Below the pieces are notes generated by a model. That model made no database searches, was not told the DNA's origin, and saw nothing but the letters and a program-made list of their open reading frames with translations. The position numbers and the translations under genes were made by a program. Positions 51,767 through 64,000 of a stretch of DNA of 64,000 nt are shown in pieces (position 1 is the stretch's first letter; each line of letters starts with the position of its first letter). Origin of the DNA: Octopus sinensis (taxonomy: Eukaryota); NCBI RefSeq assembly GCF_006345805.1, contig NC_043001.1, forward strand, positions 107,322,001 to 107,386,000. Direction: 5' to 3'.

Positions 51767-52437
51767 ATTTTCGCTCTAAAAAACTTTGTATGGATTGAAT
51801 GGTTACCTCTATGGAAATATATACACGCACATTATACATACATGTGTTATAGATGAATATATAAATACATTTAATATCTATATACACTTTTGGGCGATCT
51901 TTCTGTTTCTTAGAGATAACTTTAGATCTTATTTTCGTCCTAAAAAACTTTGTATGGAGTGAATGGTTACCTCTATGGAAATATATACACACACGTTATA
52001 CATACATGTGTGCATAGATGAATATATAAATACATTTATATATCTATACACACTTTTGGGCGATCTTTGTGCTACTTAGAGATAACTTTAGATCATATTT
52101 TCGTCCTAAAAACTTTGTGCGGAGTGAATGGTTACGTCTATGGAAATATATACACACACATTATACATACATCTGTGTATAGATGAATATATAAATACAT
52201 TTAAATATCTATATACACTTTTGGGCGATCTTTCTGCTACTTGTATATACTTTAGATCTTATATTCGTCCTAAAAAACTTTGTATGGAGTGAAAGGTTAC
52301 CTCTATGGAAATATATATATACACACATTATACATACATCTGTGTATAGATGAATATATAAATACATTTAAATATCTATATACACTTTTGGGCGATCTTT
52401 CTGCTACTTGGATATAGGTCTTATATTCGTCCTAAAA
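51767..52437. repeat. Tandem array of four ~164-bp units plus a partial fifth
   Basis: Unit starts (AT(T/A)TTCG...TAAAAA.CTTTGT) at 51767, 51931, 52097, 52261 and 52423. Confidence 0.92.
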
Positions 52438-52879
52438 GACTTTCCTGTCACACAGTCACGCACACGCACACACACACACACACGCACCCTCACACACATA
52501 CACGCACACACACTCACACGTTAGCTTACAATTTTATTTATATATTTGCGTGTCTATGTGTGTAAAGAGGAAGTGGCAGAGTAAAAGAGTCACTCACTAC
52601 AAAAAGTGAATTACTTTCACTTTATTCGTTGCACACTGTGTGTGTGCGTTTGCGTGTGCTGTAGCCCACACTAAGAGAAGCATTTGACTTATACACCACA
52701 ATGTGAGTTTTCTCTAAATTTTGCTTAATTGGGGTTGAAATTTTAAAAACTGGACCTGGCACGACCCGATGCATTCTACTCTTAAAAATGCTAGGTAAAT
52801 TGTAATTGAAGAAATCCTATATTGTAGATTTCTATAAGATACAAAGGGAGGCAGATAAAATCTGCCTTTTATAATAAGA

Positions 52880-52883
52880 TATA

Positions 52884-52936
<53 letters not shown>

Positions 52937-53452
52937 ATACATATATATGAAGAATGCAAAAGCATGTGAGAAGTAAAGAAGAAGAAGAAGAAGAAGAAGA
53001 AGAAGAAGAAGAAGAAGAAGAAGAAAAAGAGGAAGAAGAAGAAGAACAACAACAACCACAACAACAATAACAAAAACAAGAAGAGGGAGGAAGAAAGAAG
53101 GCGAAAATGAAAAGAAGCAGAAGAAAAAGTATATGAAATCAAGAAAAAAAAAGATATATATATATAAATATAAATAAAACTGATAGGAACTGAGAAAGGT
53201 GGGGCGAAGAGTTACGTCATCAAGAATGAGGATATGGAATATTTTGGAGTGATCAGTATGGTAGTGTTTATTGATTATGAGGTCACCTATTCAGTTCTCA
53301 CAGGTGGTATGGTGTACACACACACACACACACACTCACAGATATATAAATGTGCATATACACATACACACACATGCACATACTAATGTACTACGTATAT
53401 ACATACACACACACATATATGGTGTATATATATATATGTATATATATATACA

Positions 53453-53486
<34 letters not shown>

Positions 53487-53601
53487 CATACATACATACA
53501 TGTATATATATATATGTGTGTGTGTGTGTACGTGAGCGTGTTTTTGTGTTTTGATGTGTTTTGTAAATCAAGTCAAAGAAAATAAAACTCTATACACGGA
53601 T

Positions 53602-53668
<67 letters not shown>

Positions 53669-54268
53669 TGTATGTATATCTTAAAAATATTAATCGCTAG
53701 AAGCCGGTTTGTAATAATAATAATAATAATAATAATAATGATAATAATAAGGATAATAATATTAATAATAATGACAATAATAATAATAATCCTTTTTATT
53801 ATAGGCACAAGGCTTGAAATTTGGGGCAGGGGGATAGACAGTTATATCGATCCAGTACTCAACTGGTACTTAATTTATCGAACCCGTAATAATGAAAGGT
53901 AAAGTCAAACTCTGCGTGGCACCTTGGGAAAGTGTCTTCTACTATAGCTTCGGGCCGACCAAAGCCCTGTGAGTGGATTTGGTATATATATATATATACA
54001 ACGAGCTTCTTTCAGTTTCCGTCTACCAAATCCATATACTATACTGTCTTATTCCTCCCCACCACTACGAAACTCTATAAAATGATTAAAATTCCCCACA
54101 AACGAATTATTTTGATTTGAAAACCCCACTAGAATGGAAGAAAGCGCTAATGATCTCAGTGATATGTAAAAAATGTAATATATAAATAAATATCTGTAAA
54201 TATAAACCATCTGATCTTCTGATTACCTCATTTCTAATATATAATACCTGTACATCATCTCCAAACCT

Positions 54269-54313
<45 letters not shown>

Positions 54314-55523
54314 CATATATATATATATATATGTATGTATATGTGTGTGTCTGTGTGTCTGTTTGACCACCCACCACCATCGTTTGACAACCCATGCTGG
54401 TGTGTCCCGTAACTTACCGGTTCGGCAAAATATATCGACAGAATAAGTACTAGGCTTACAACGAATAAGTCCTGGGGTCGATTTGTTCGACTAAAGGCGG
54501 TGCTCCAGCATGGCTGCAGTCAAATGACTGAAATAAGTAAAAGACACACACACACACACGCGCACGCACATACTGATATACGTATGTGAACCTGTGTACC
54601 AACACTTAACCTACGTACACACATACTTATAGGAACATAAACACACAGTGTAACTTATATGTATATTCAACACGCAGGTACAGACATACACATATCTCAC
54701 ATAGCGCAGGTACTCACACACACACACACACACACACAAGTTTGCATATACATACACATACTTACTCATACTGCAACACGCATTCACACACGCATAAATT
54801 CACGCACAGCACATAGGCCAGTTTGTCTCTTTTGTTCTTATTCACGGTTGACGGAGATCGCTTACTTTTTAAACCATACTCTCAACATCATTCCGCCCAC
54901 TGACTATACTGGAAAAAAACTGAAGGTGTGGTATCGGACACTAGACACAGCCTCAAACAGACTCGTATACTAAGAAAAGCAGGTAGTTGCATACACTGAA
55001 CGTGTCATTCCTCTTTTAAGTAGTGGGCGAATACATATATATACATACATACGTAGAAGGAGAAGAAGGCGAAGGAGAGGAAGCAGAAGAAGAAGAAGAA
55101 GAAGAAGAAAGAAGAAGAAAAAGAAGAAGAAAGGAAGAAAGAAAGAAAGCGTTGTCTTAAGCCTGCTCTCGTATCCTGTTCATATCCTATTCATAACAGA
55201 AGGTAAGATATTTACGCACCATTCTCCGTGTGATCGTGTACCAGAGCAGGTCTCACTTGTGATTTCCCGCCTTCGATACTTTAACCGAAGTTTTCACACC
55301 TGTGCTTAGGCCAGACGACACTTGTTGATTTTAAGCAAATAGACAACGATTTGGTAAGTAAATCATTGGATATGTATGTATACGAATGTATATATACATT
55401 ATTTAATATATGTATTATATACATATATATATATATATTATATATGTATAATATATATGTATTATTTAAATACATAATATTTCATATATGTAATATATCT
55501 ATACATATATAAAAATATACATG

Positions 55524-55577
<54 letters not shown>

Positions 55578-55578
55578 G

Positions 55579-55611
<33 letters not shown>

Positions 55612-56050
55612 TATATACATGCATATATATGCATATATTTATATATATATACGCTAATATATCTGTATGTATACGTAAACTTACATATATAATGTATGTT
55701 TATACATATGTATATATATGTATATCCATATATATATATACACATATACATACATACATTATATTTATACATACACACACACATATATATATATATATAT
55801 TATATATATATATATATATATATTTATTATTTATATATATCATGCTTCTATGTATACCTGCCTGTAGTGTTAAGATGTATGATAACTGAGTAAGTGGTGA
55901 ATTGTTTTCCCTGTTGTATGTTTGTATGTATATATGTGTGCATGTATGTAATTATGTTTGTAAGCTTGTATGTCTGTATGTATGGATAGGTAAATAGGTA
56001 GATAGATAGATAGATAGATAAATAGATAGAGTGTGAGATAGATAGATAGG

Positions 56051-56121
<71 letters not shown>

Positions 56122-56140
56122 AGAGACAGATAACATTATA
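52880..56140. repeat. Microsatellite-dense region: (TA)n, (GAA)n, (CA)n, (CATA)n, (TAA)n, (GATA)n, with SINE fragments at 53810-54030 and 54340-54545
   Basis: Read directly from the sequence. Confidence 0.9.
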
Positions 56141-56598
56141 ACATGGCATTTCTTTCTTGGAGTTATTCGATTGCATCGCCCCCTAGTATTTCAGTTCGGT
56201 AACTATCTTATCTATCTCTGTCGGACCGAGAAGACACGGACATAACTGTTACCTAGCATAATCGTCCCTTATTAATAACCAAAGAGGGAAACACGCAAAC
56301 ACACACACATACATATAAGTATATACATATAAGTAAATACATATAGGTATGGATGCATCCGTATGTATGCATATAATTATTATATACATACTCACACAGG
56401 TTCACAAGCATATACATATATATATATATACTTACATATGCACTCGCACGCACGCATATACATTTGAAAGAAAGATAGAATGAACTGCCAAATAATTGGG
56501 GTGTGATCTTAGAGCATGGAATTCACACATCAAATCAGAATTGTAGAAGTTTTACGATTGAGTTATTAAAATAGAATAGGAGTGAATCACCGCGCATT

Positions 56599-56644
<46 letters not shown>

Positions 56645-57179
56645 GGCATCCCCAGAGCAGCAACTAAATTTGTTACGAATACACCTTTTTAGTAATGTAT
56701 GCATGTGTATGTCTCTGTGTCTTTGTTGAGTGTGTGTGTGTGTGTGCGTATACGTCTGTATGTGTACAACGTTACAGCTTAGATGTGCTTTTTAAAAAAA
56801 AATCTTTATTGTATTTATAGATGTTGCTAAAGACTATGTTGAAAGTCATTCAAGATAAGAGCATCTCAGAGATGCTGTTTTCCACTTTTCTTTCTTCTCG
56901 AAGGCATTCCTTTCTTTAAGTGTTCAAGGCGTGTCTTGAGTGAGGTTTCAATGCTTACAGCAAGCCCCTTTCCTGAACCACATTGTTCATGTCATTTGAT
57001 TCAAATGAAAAATGTTTGGAATGTCTTACAGATCGACACTGTTGACCTGACATTCAATTTGACAGATACTACGAACTCTTTTTATCTCTCACCTTCCTCA
57101 GCAAAACCTAGAGTAACTTACATTGTCCCCTGAAAACACCTGTGTGACACACACACACACACACACACACACTTTGATA

Positions 57180-57480
57180 CTTAGATGGATTTCGGCTAGT
57201 ATTGGCCCAGGACATGTTTAACTTAATAGCACCACCTGGCGAAGTCATTCAAATCAGGAATCGGAAAACATGACCCACTCGGGTAGAGGGTTATGCTTTA
57301 CGGAGAAATATCCAGGTGTAGGAGGTTTAACCAGGATTTCTTGAAGGAATTTGTCCAAAGACTTCTAGAACTTTATGGGGTCCGTTTCTGCATTAATGTA
57401 TTTCGGTGTAAGATATACACGATGGAAAAAGCGTATAGTGTCTACCTGTATAATAATCTGAACAACAGAGTAATCCAAAG
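57180..57480 (-). mobile_element. Diverged CR1-like 3' remnant
   Basis: Aligns by eye with 2288-2560 (TTAGAT.GATTTCGGC..GTAT..GCCCAGG; ATATCC.GGTGTAGGAGGTT; AATTTGTCCA). Confidence 0.65.
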
Positions 57481-57679
57481 ATTTTAACGAACATTGTGTG
57501 TAACACAGATGAAATGTAAATTCCTTGTCTCTACGTACGATATGTTTTTAGACATTATAAAGACGGTGTTTACATAGGGTGGTGGCTAAAATCTAAAAGT
57601 ATACTCAGTAGTGTAGAGTGTATTTTCTGAAAGATAACCTTCTTAACGCAACAACAATATTTTAATGACAGTCTACCTG

Positions 57680-57772
<93 letters not shown>

Positions 57773-57824
57773 TTGTCTGTTTATCTATTCTCTTCTTTCT
57801 ATGTGTGTTTATATGTATATAGGA

Positions 57825-57975
57825 GAGCTCACGAAAAAAACAAAAGATGAAGACGGGTGGTGTACAAAACAAACAGATGTATTAGTATAACGCTCAAGAA
57901 TAGAAAAAAATCTTTTACGTTTCAAACCTACGCTCTTCTACAGAAAGGGACACAAAAAAACAAGGAGAGAAATAT
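57825..57975 (-). mobile_element. Penelope-like terminal repeat with a hammerhead-like motif (57913-57947, core A6 altered)
   Basis: uuu CUGUAGA a GAGC-guag-GUUU GAA ACGU A aaag. Confidence 0.5.
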
Positions 57976-57988
57976 ACATACATATATA

Positions 57989-58027
<39 letters not shown>

Positions 58028-58383
58028 AAATGTATGTCCATGTATATATGTGACAGATAACAAATTCTATAATGCCACTTGTCTTTTGCATCTTTTTCTT
58101 AACCTTTGCCGAAATCTTATACATAGTAAGTCGTGATTTGGGAGATGTTTTGCTACTATTTGTAGCAGATCGAGAAACCGAGTAGAAAACTCCTTGCTAG
58201 TCAAATATTCCCGAAACTGATATCATCTGAAAAACTGACCAACATTAACTATTACTTCGCAAGAATCTTGAATTTTATGAAGGCAAAATGCTTAGTTTTT
58301 GTAGCTCTTTCCGTTTCATTGTCTGAACGCTGACGAGCTCTTCCTATATTTCGTTGACAGTTCACCACAGATACTGGTTTAAC

Positions 58384-59592
58384 TTCACGTACCACGCCCA
58401 AAATCCACTCGGCTTAGTCATCTCTAACATACATACATTTTAGAAAGAAAGAAAGAAAAAACGTGTCCCGTACGAACCGTCAAAGATTTACTCAATTTAT
58501 TTTGACTGGAAATTAATATATGATAATTTAATTTTTAATTGGTGACAAATTAATTTCCTTACGTAGACAAATTTCTTAGCTGTTTCTGGATATTAGAACA
58601 CTAAGCAAAACTCCTCTCTGTAGTTCGTTTGAAATCAGATTTGTCTTATTTTTTTTAATAAAGACAATATTTATCAATATTTCGCACATTTGTTCAAACT
58701 TATGTTAATTGTCAATCTTCCAGATTTATAGAATATCGACTTTCTAATGTATAGCTTTTAACAGAGTTTCTATAACTCTGGGCAACGCCCTTTTGCTCTC
58801 CATTTTACCAGTGCTCACTGGATTTTGGTTGTAATAGTTTCAAGGCATAGTAAATTCAGTTTGGGGAAAATCGCTGCTCCCTGCGTGACTTTCTGAATGA
58901 CACTCCTCGACGAAAAATTAAATTGTATTATTTCAGTGTGGCCCACCCGATGAAGAGCCATGTCTCAGGTGGCTTAATTCTCAATAAAGGCTATCCATGC
59001 CTGTTCTAGATGTTCATAGCTTTCTGGTCTACGTAAAGCAATCCATCTGCGAAAGGCAAAGATGATTCGAGGCGAAACTAGACAATGTGTGATTAGGTAA
59101 CATAAGAAAGAGTACATTTATGGAACTGTACAGTTTCTTTCATCCACTCAAATTTCGAAATTTTCAAATTCTCTGACAAAAAATGTCCTAATGGGGCTAC
59201 GTTTTGTGTTATTGAATATCATTTGTGATGAATTGATGTCAGTCTTATAAAAATCCTTGGCTACCTTAGTTATTTGCTAGTTTGTCACTTTTCTCACCAT
59301 TTTCATTAGCTTTCTTTACCTGTCAAGCAAGTAAGCGGGAGCGGCGACGTTCACGTGCCACACCCAAAATCCACTCGGCTTAGCCTTCTGCAACATACAT
59401 ACATTTTAGAAAAAAAGAAAAAACGTGCCCCGTACGAACCGTCAAAGATTTACTTAATTTATTTTGACTGGAAATTAATATATGATAATTTAATTTTTAA
59501 TTGGTGACAAATTAATTTTCTTACGTAGACAAATTTCTTAGCTGTTTCTGAATATTAGAACAGTGAGCAGAATTCCTCTCTGTACTCCGTTT
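58384..59592. repeat. ~245-bp direct repeat pair (58384-58630 and 59350-59592)
   Basis: TTCACGT.CCAC.CCCAAAATCCACTCGGCTTAG...CCCGTACGAACCGTCAAAGATTTAC...TTAGAACA occurs twice, 966 bp apart. Confidence 0.9.
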
Positions 59593-59929
59593 TAAGTTAC
59601 TGTTTGTCTTTGATAATTTAGGAGTTTATTTAAAATGTACCAGTCTAAGACAGTGGATCAGCAAACTTAATAAAACCGGGCTGGATATTTTGCGTTCTAA
59701 GTTCAAAGCACTCAATATCCTTACGTGAGTGGCCTGTTTAATGTCGCAGTCTGACACATTGGGAGATTTTTATGTTGCAAGCATTTGGTTTCAGGGTATC
59801 TTCCTCGCTCCCTCCACCATCTTTAAAACTCTCCAAGGGTCATCTACCCTCCCGACGAAAAGATAAAAGGAAAAGTGCGCCTTTTATATTATATTTCAGA
59901 CATAAAAAACAAATTTCTCTAAATATCAT

Positions 59930-60100
59930 GGGCGTGGTTGTGTGGTAAGAAGCTTACTTCTCAACAACATAGTTCCGGCTTCAGTCCCACAGTATGACAA
60001 TTTGGGCAAGTGTCTTTTGCTATAGTCTCTGGCTAACCAAGGCCTTGCGAGTGGATTTGGTAGCCAGAAACCGAGAGAAGCCTGTCGTGTATATATGTAT
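59930..60100 (+). mobile_element. 5' half of SINE family B
   Basis: GTGGTTGTGTGGTAAGAAGCTT head through GAAGCCTGTCG. Confidence 0.75.
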
Positions 60101-60284
60101 ATATATATATATATCATTAATTAAATATATTCTCTTGGAATATTATACACTGAATTTATAATGAGTGCTCTTTGTATAAAATGTCGAAAATATTAATACT
60201 ATAAAGTATTTAGACATTAATACGAGCGATTATATATACTGTATTTTGAAATAATAGCATGAAATTTAATAACAAAAAAATTTC

Positions 60285-60668
60285 TCATGAAGATGTATAT
60301 GTCTAAATTAGTATTGTATTAAAATATATATATATATATATAAATATATGAAACACGACCGCTTAAAAATTTGTTAATTAGAAGAATGCCTTTAATGAAT
60401 GTTACATATTGTGCTCTATATTTAGAAAGAGCACTTAGTACTGAATTAATTAAACATGGAAAAGCAATATCTGGGAATTTTTCTTAAAGATATACCGATT
60501 CCTTGTAAGAACACATATTTATTATCCTTACTTCAGAAAACCAATGACTTAATAAAAAGAATGAGATGGAAGGCATTCTTCTAATTAGCAAATTTTTAAG
60601 CAGCCATGTTTCATATATTTATATAAATTTTTGATATAATACTATTTTAGACATATACACCTTCGTGA
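60285..60668. mobile_element. MITE/foldback-like element with ~100-bp imperfect inverted repeats
   Basis: TCATGAAGATGTATATGTCTAAA...TTAATTAGAAGAATGCCTT versus AAGGCATTCTTCTAATTAGC...TTTAGACATATACACCTTCGTGA. Confidence 0.65.
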
Positions 60669-61399
60669 CTGATGATGTTAGAAACACCTACATTGCTAGA
60701 AGTAGCAGCTATATATATATATATATATATATATATGGAGGAGGGAGAGTGGCATTGCATTTGTGTTTGTCCTCCACCAGCGCTTGACAAACAGTGTTGG
60801 TGTTTTTGCGTCCCCATAACTTAGTGATTCGACAAAAAGCAACCGATAGAATCAGAACCAGGCTTTACAAAAATAAATCGTGGGATCGTTTCCTTCGACT
60901 AAAATTCTTGAAGGCGATAAAACAATACAGACAGGTCGACACATCACATGTCCGTGTATACTAACTCATCATTAGTAATCGCCAAAATGAATTAATTACT
61001 TCTATTAACAGCAGCAATAGGGAGATTGTTAATTACGATGTTCATAGTTTCTTAATTCATTGCCTGCCATGAACCCCATTTGCGGATCTGCTGAAAACAG
61101 TCTCACGGCCGGTTGTTCCTTGTATTTAAAGTGAACTGATACTATAATTTCAATTAAAAAAAAAAAAGGTTTATTATTGCAATTGAATAGAAAAGGATAA
61201 ATATGCTTTTGTTTTTCAACAAACCCCATTTGGGACTTTTCGAAAAATTTTTCATAATTTCCAAAGTAAATCATACATAAAAAAAATTAAATACTATATA
61301 TTGTTTTAATTCCTAAGACACATGGCAAAGCCAAAAAATATGAATTTAAAAAAATTGGTAGTTAATGGGTTAAATAATTTTTTTTTTTTTTTGTATGAG

Positions 61400-61545
61400 C
61401 ATTAGTTGAAAGCTGAGAGCTGGCAGAATCGTTAGTGCGCCAGGCAAAATGCTTAACGGTATTTTTATGTTCTGAGTTCAAACCCAACCGAAGTCGACTT
61501 TGCCTTTCATCCTTTCGGAGTCGATGAGATAAGTAGACGTTCATT
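61400..61545 (+). mobile_element. SINE family A
   Basis: GAGCTGGCAGAATCGTTAG head and family body. Confidence 0.8.
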
Positions 61546-61719
61546 GGCTACAACCCATATGCAAGTCAATGTTATTTACTTCTCTACTCTAGACCACACC
61601 TTAAAATAGATCTGGTTTTAAAAATAATACTTAGATAGTCTTCTATTTACTTATTAGATAATAAAGATCATTGTTTGATAAAAAAAAAAAAGGAATGGAA
61701 AGAGAAAAATATCTAGAAG

Positions 61720-62147
61720 TGGGTGTGTGATAAAAAGTTTGTTTCCCAGCCACGTGATTCCGGGCGAGTGTCTTCTACTGTAGTCTGGGAGCGACTAAAG
61801 CCTTGTGCGTGGATTTAGTAGAAGAAAACTGAAAGAGGCCCGGCGTGCATGTCATGTCTTAACAGCCCTTACCGTTTTCACTGTCCTGTTTTTGGTATTA
61901 AGTTTGACCCTCTGCAAATCTCAAATTTTATGTAATTTGCTTTGCCGGAGCGACTGTTTTGACGAAGGCACATCTTGTCGTAAATGCTCGAAACGTGGAC
62001 AGCCGACAACTGATGAAGGGTCGTTCTTTATGTTGCTTGTCTTGTTTTCCATTTGTTTCTTTCGTTGTTCGCAAAAGAAAAACAGGTTCGCATTCCATGT
62101 TTACGTATTTCGTATTTCCTGTTGTTTACGTTCTATGACAACCTCTA

Positions 62148-62187
<40 letters not shown>

Positions 62188-62390
62188 TGTGTGTGTGTTT
62201 CTCCTCAATCATCGCTTGAAAAAAGGTGTTGGTGTGTTTATGTCCCCATAACTTAGCGGTTCGGCAATAGAGAACCGATAGAATAAGTACTAGGCTTACA
62301 AAGAATAATACGTCCTGGAGTCAATTTGTTCGACTAGAGGCGGTGCTCCAGTATGGCCGCAGTCAAATGACTGAAACAAGTAAAAGAATA
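61720..62390 (+). mobile_element. SINE family B interrupted by a Penelope-like terminal-repeat piece (61870-62130)
   Basis: 5' half at 61720-61850 and 3' half at 62190-62390. The insert is homologous to 5857-6130 and holds a degenerate hammerhead at about 61951-62006. Confidence 0.65.
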
Positions 62391-62849
62391 GTAGGCGGAC
62401 CACGCCCATTAGAATCAAACTCTCCCTTCTCTCTATCCCCTCCTCTTCTTATCTCTGTTTAGTATGTGTGAGTGAGTGTGTGAGTATGGTGGGGGTGTGT
62501 GTGCTTGAACGTCCTTGCTCTCAAAGGCAGGTAAAACTAGCCAATATATAAAGCCGTAGGATTTTGAATGCTTTTATTCATATTGTTCTCGAAAAGGCAT
62601 GTGTGTGTGTGTGTGAGTGTGTGTGCGCGCGCTTTCATAGTGCGTCTAAGATTGCATGCGTGTGTGTGTGTGCATCTGCATGCATGTATGTATTTATGTC
62701 TGTCTGTATGTATGTATATTGTTCTAGTTAAAAAGCTGTTGGATAATCATTTGGAATAATCATTTGGATTTGAGACGGATTATCTGCTATTGTGTAGATT
62801 ATTGCAGTATTGCTTTCAATCTAATAAAGTATGTGTGTGTGTATGTGTG

Positions 62850-63070
62850 CATTTGTATGTCTGTGTTTGTTCACCCACCATCGTTTGACAACCGATGCTG
62901 GTGTGCTTACGTCCCCGTAACTTAGCAGTTCTGCAAAAGAGAACCGATAGGATAGGTACCAGGCTTACAAAGAATAAGTCCTGGGGTCGATTTGTTCGAC
63001 TAGAGGCGATGCTCCAGCATGGCCGCAGTCAAAATGACTGAAACCAGTAAAGGAGTAATAAAGTAAAAAA
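62850..63070 (+). mobile_element. 3' half of SINE family B
   Basis: GACAACCGATGCTGGTGTG...GGGGTCGATTTGTTCGACTAG...CAGCATGGCCGCAGTC. Confidence 0.85.
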
Positions 63071-63663
63071 GCGTATATATATATATATATATATAACATT
63101 TGATTTCAGCATTTGCAAAGCCTATTCGACCGTAAGAGAATGAAATGCTGGTTCAATAAGATCGCGTGGGATTTTAGGCAAGTGTTTCGCCATTTACAAC
63201 CTCCGGTTGATCCAAGCTTTGTCAGTCATATGGCTCGCCGAAAACTATTTAGAAACCTTAGAGATCGATCAAATGTGTCGTTCAAAAATCCGACCTTGTG
63301 TCAGTCTGTCATACTTGAGTCTATCCAGCAGATTACGTCAAAAATACAAAGGGTGTGCAGAAATACTTAACCACGCAGGTTTCAGATCGTTTGGTTGATT
63401 AACCAAATGAAAGCGACTGAGATTCATTTTCATTTATAGCTTTTTAATTTTCTGCCGCTGTCTCCTAGCTTTTTTTTTCCTTCACACTCACACACATACA
63501 CACACGCACACATGCATTCATATATATATACATACATAATTTTAATTTTTAATCGGCAGCAGTTAAAGTGTGGCTCAAAAGCCTAGAGCTTCGTTTGTTG
63601 GCATTTATTGATAAGTGCCAATGCACGGAAATCTCGAACCGTGTGACACTGTAATTTCTGCCG

Positions 63664-63852
<189 letters not shown>

Positions 63853-64000
63853 TTATATAGACATACTACAAACTACATACATGTACATGCATGCATATAT
63901 ACGTATATGTTTGTGTGTGTGTGTATGTCTGTATGAAGTGGTACAATTTACTTTCAGTTCGTAGTTTTTCTATTTCTCTTGAGGTCAAATACTCTTGAGG

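Larger units (their letters stand above)
51148..52879 (-). mobile_element. Composite Helitron with a helicase fragment, two 5' ends and an internal tandem array
   Basis: 3' end CTAG|T at 51148, with hairpin CCCGAGCAACGCCGGG identical to the 6301 element. Inner 5'-like end at about 51767. Outer 5' end A|TCTTATTATAAAAGGCAG at 52879. Confidence 0.75.

Noticed and set aside
51767-52437. CRISPR-like regularly spaced array
   Set aside because: Whole 164-bp units are repeated with no unique spacers, the context is eukaryotic and there are no cas genes.
58938-59098. Host exon with AG/GT boundaries
   Set aside because: All three plus-strand frames contain stops and no homology was recognised.
60665-60695. 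CUGAUGA-UGUUA-GAAAC as a hammerhead
   Set aside because: No viable stem II or stem I.
63113-63398. ORFs 63113..63370 and 63207..63398 as host coding sequence
   Set aside because: Short, no recognisable motifs and no supporting splice context. This cannot be excluded without a database search.

Overview
AT-rich animal genomic DNA made almost entirely of transposable elements and microsatellites. I could not identify any host protein-coding exon, rRNA, true tRNA or CRISPR array. The two abundant tRNA-derived SINE families look like those I know from octopus genomes, so an Octopus origin is likely (inference, no search run). Contents: (1) R4/Dong-clade RT + restriction-like-endonuclease LINEs of about four families. 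Almost every copy sits in a (TAA)n array in the same polarity. Non-coding elements share these arrays: a ~555-bp element in four copies and a ~75-bp tRNA-like SINE, one pair of which forms a head-to-head palindrome. (2) A full-length, frameshifted RTE LINE with a 10-bp TSD that splits a HERO-like LINE. (3) A nearly intact Tx1/L1-type ORF2 plus several Tx1 and CR1 fragments. (4) Penelope-like remnants, with two canonical minimal hammerhead ribozyme motifs and several degenerate ones. (5) Two Helitrons, one composite with a helicase fragment and a 164-bp tandem array. (6) Decayed mariner, DD37D/maT and Tc1 DNA transposons. The most interesting signals are the (TAA)n-targeting LINE plus passenger system with a co-varying 3'-UTR stem-loop, the hammerheads, and several unusual insertion footprints: a 5' inversion, an 80-bp TSD and a 106-bp templated insertion. 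All boundaries were read by eye and may be off by a few bases.
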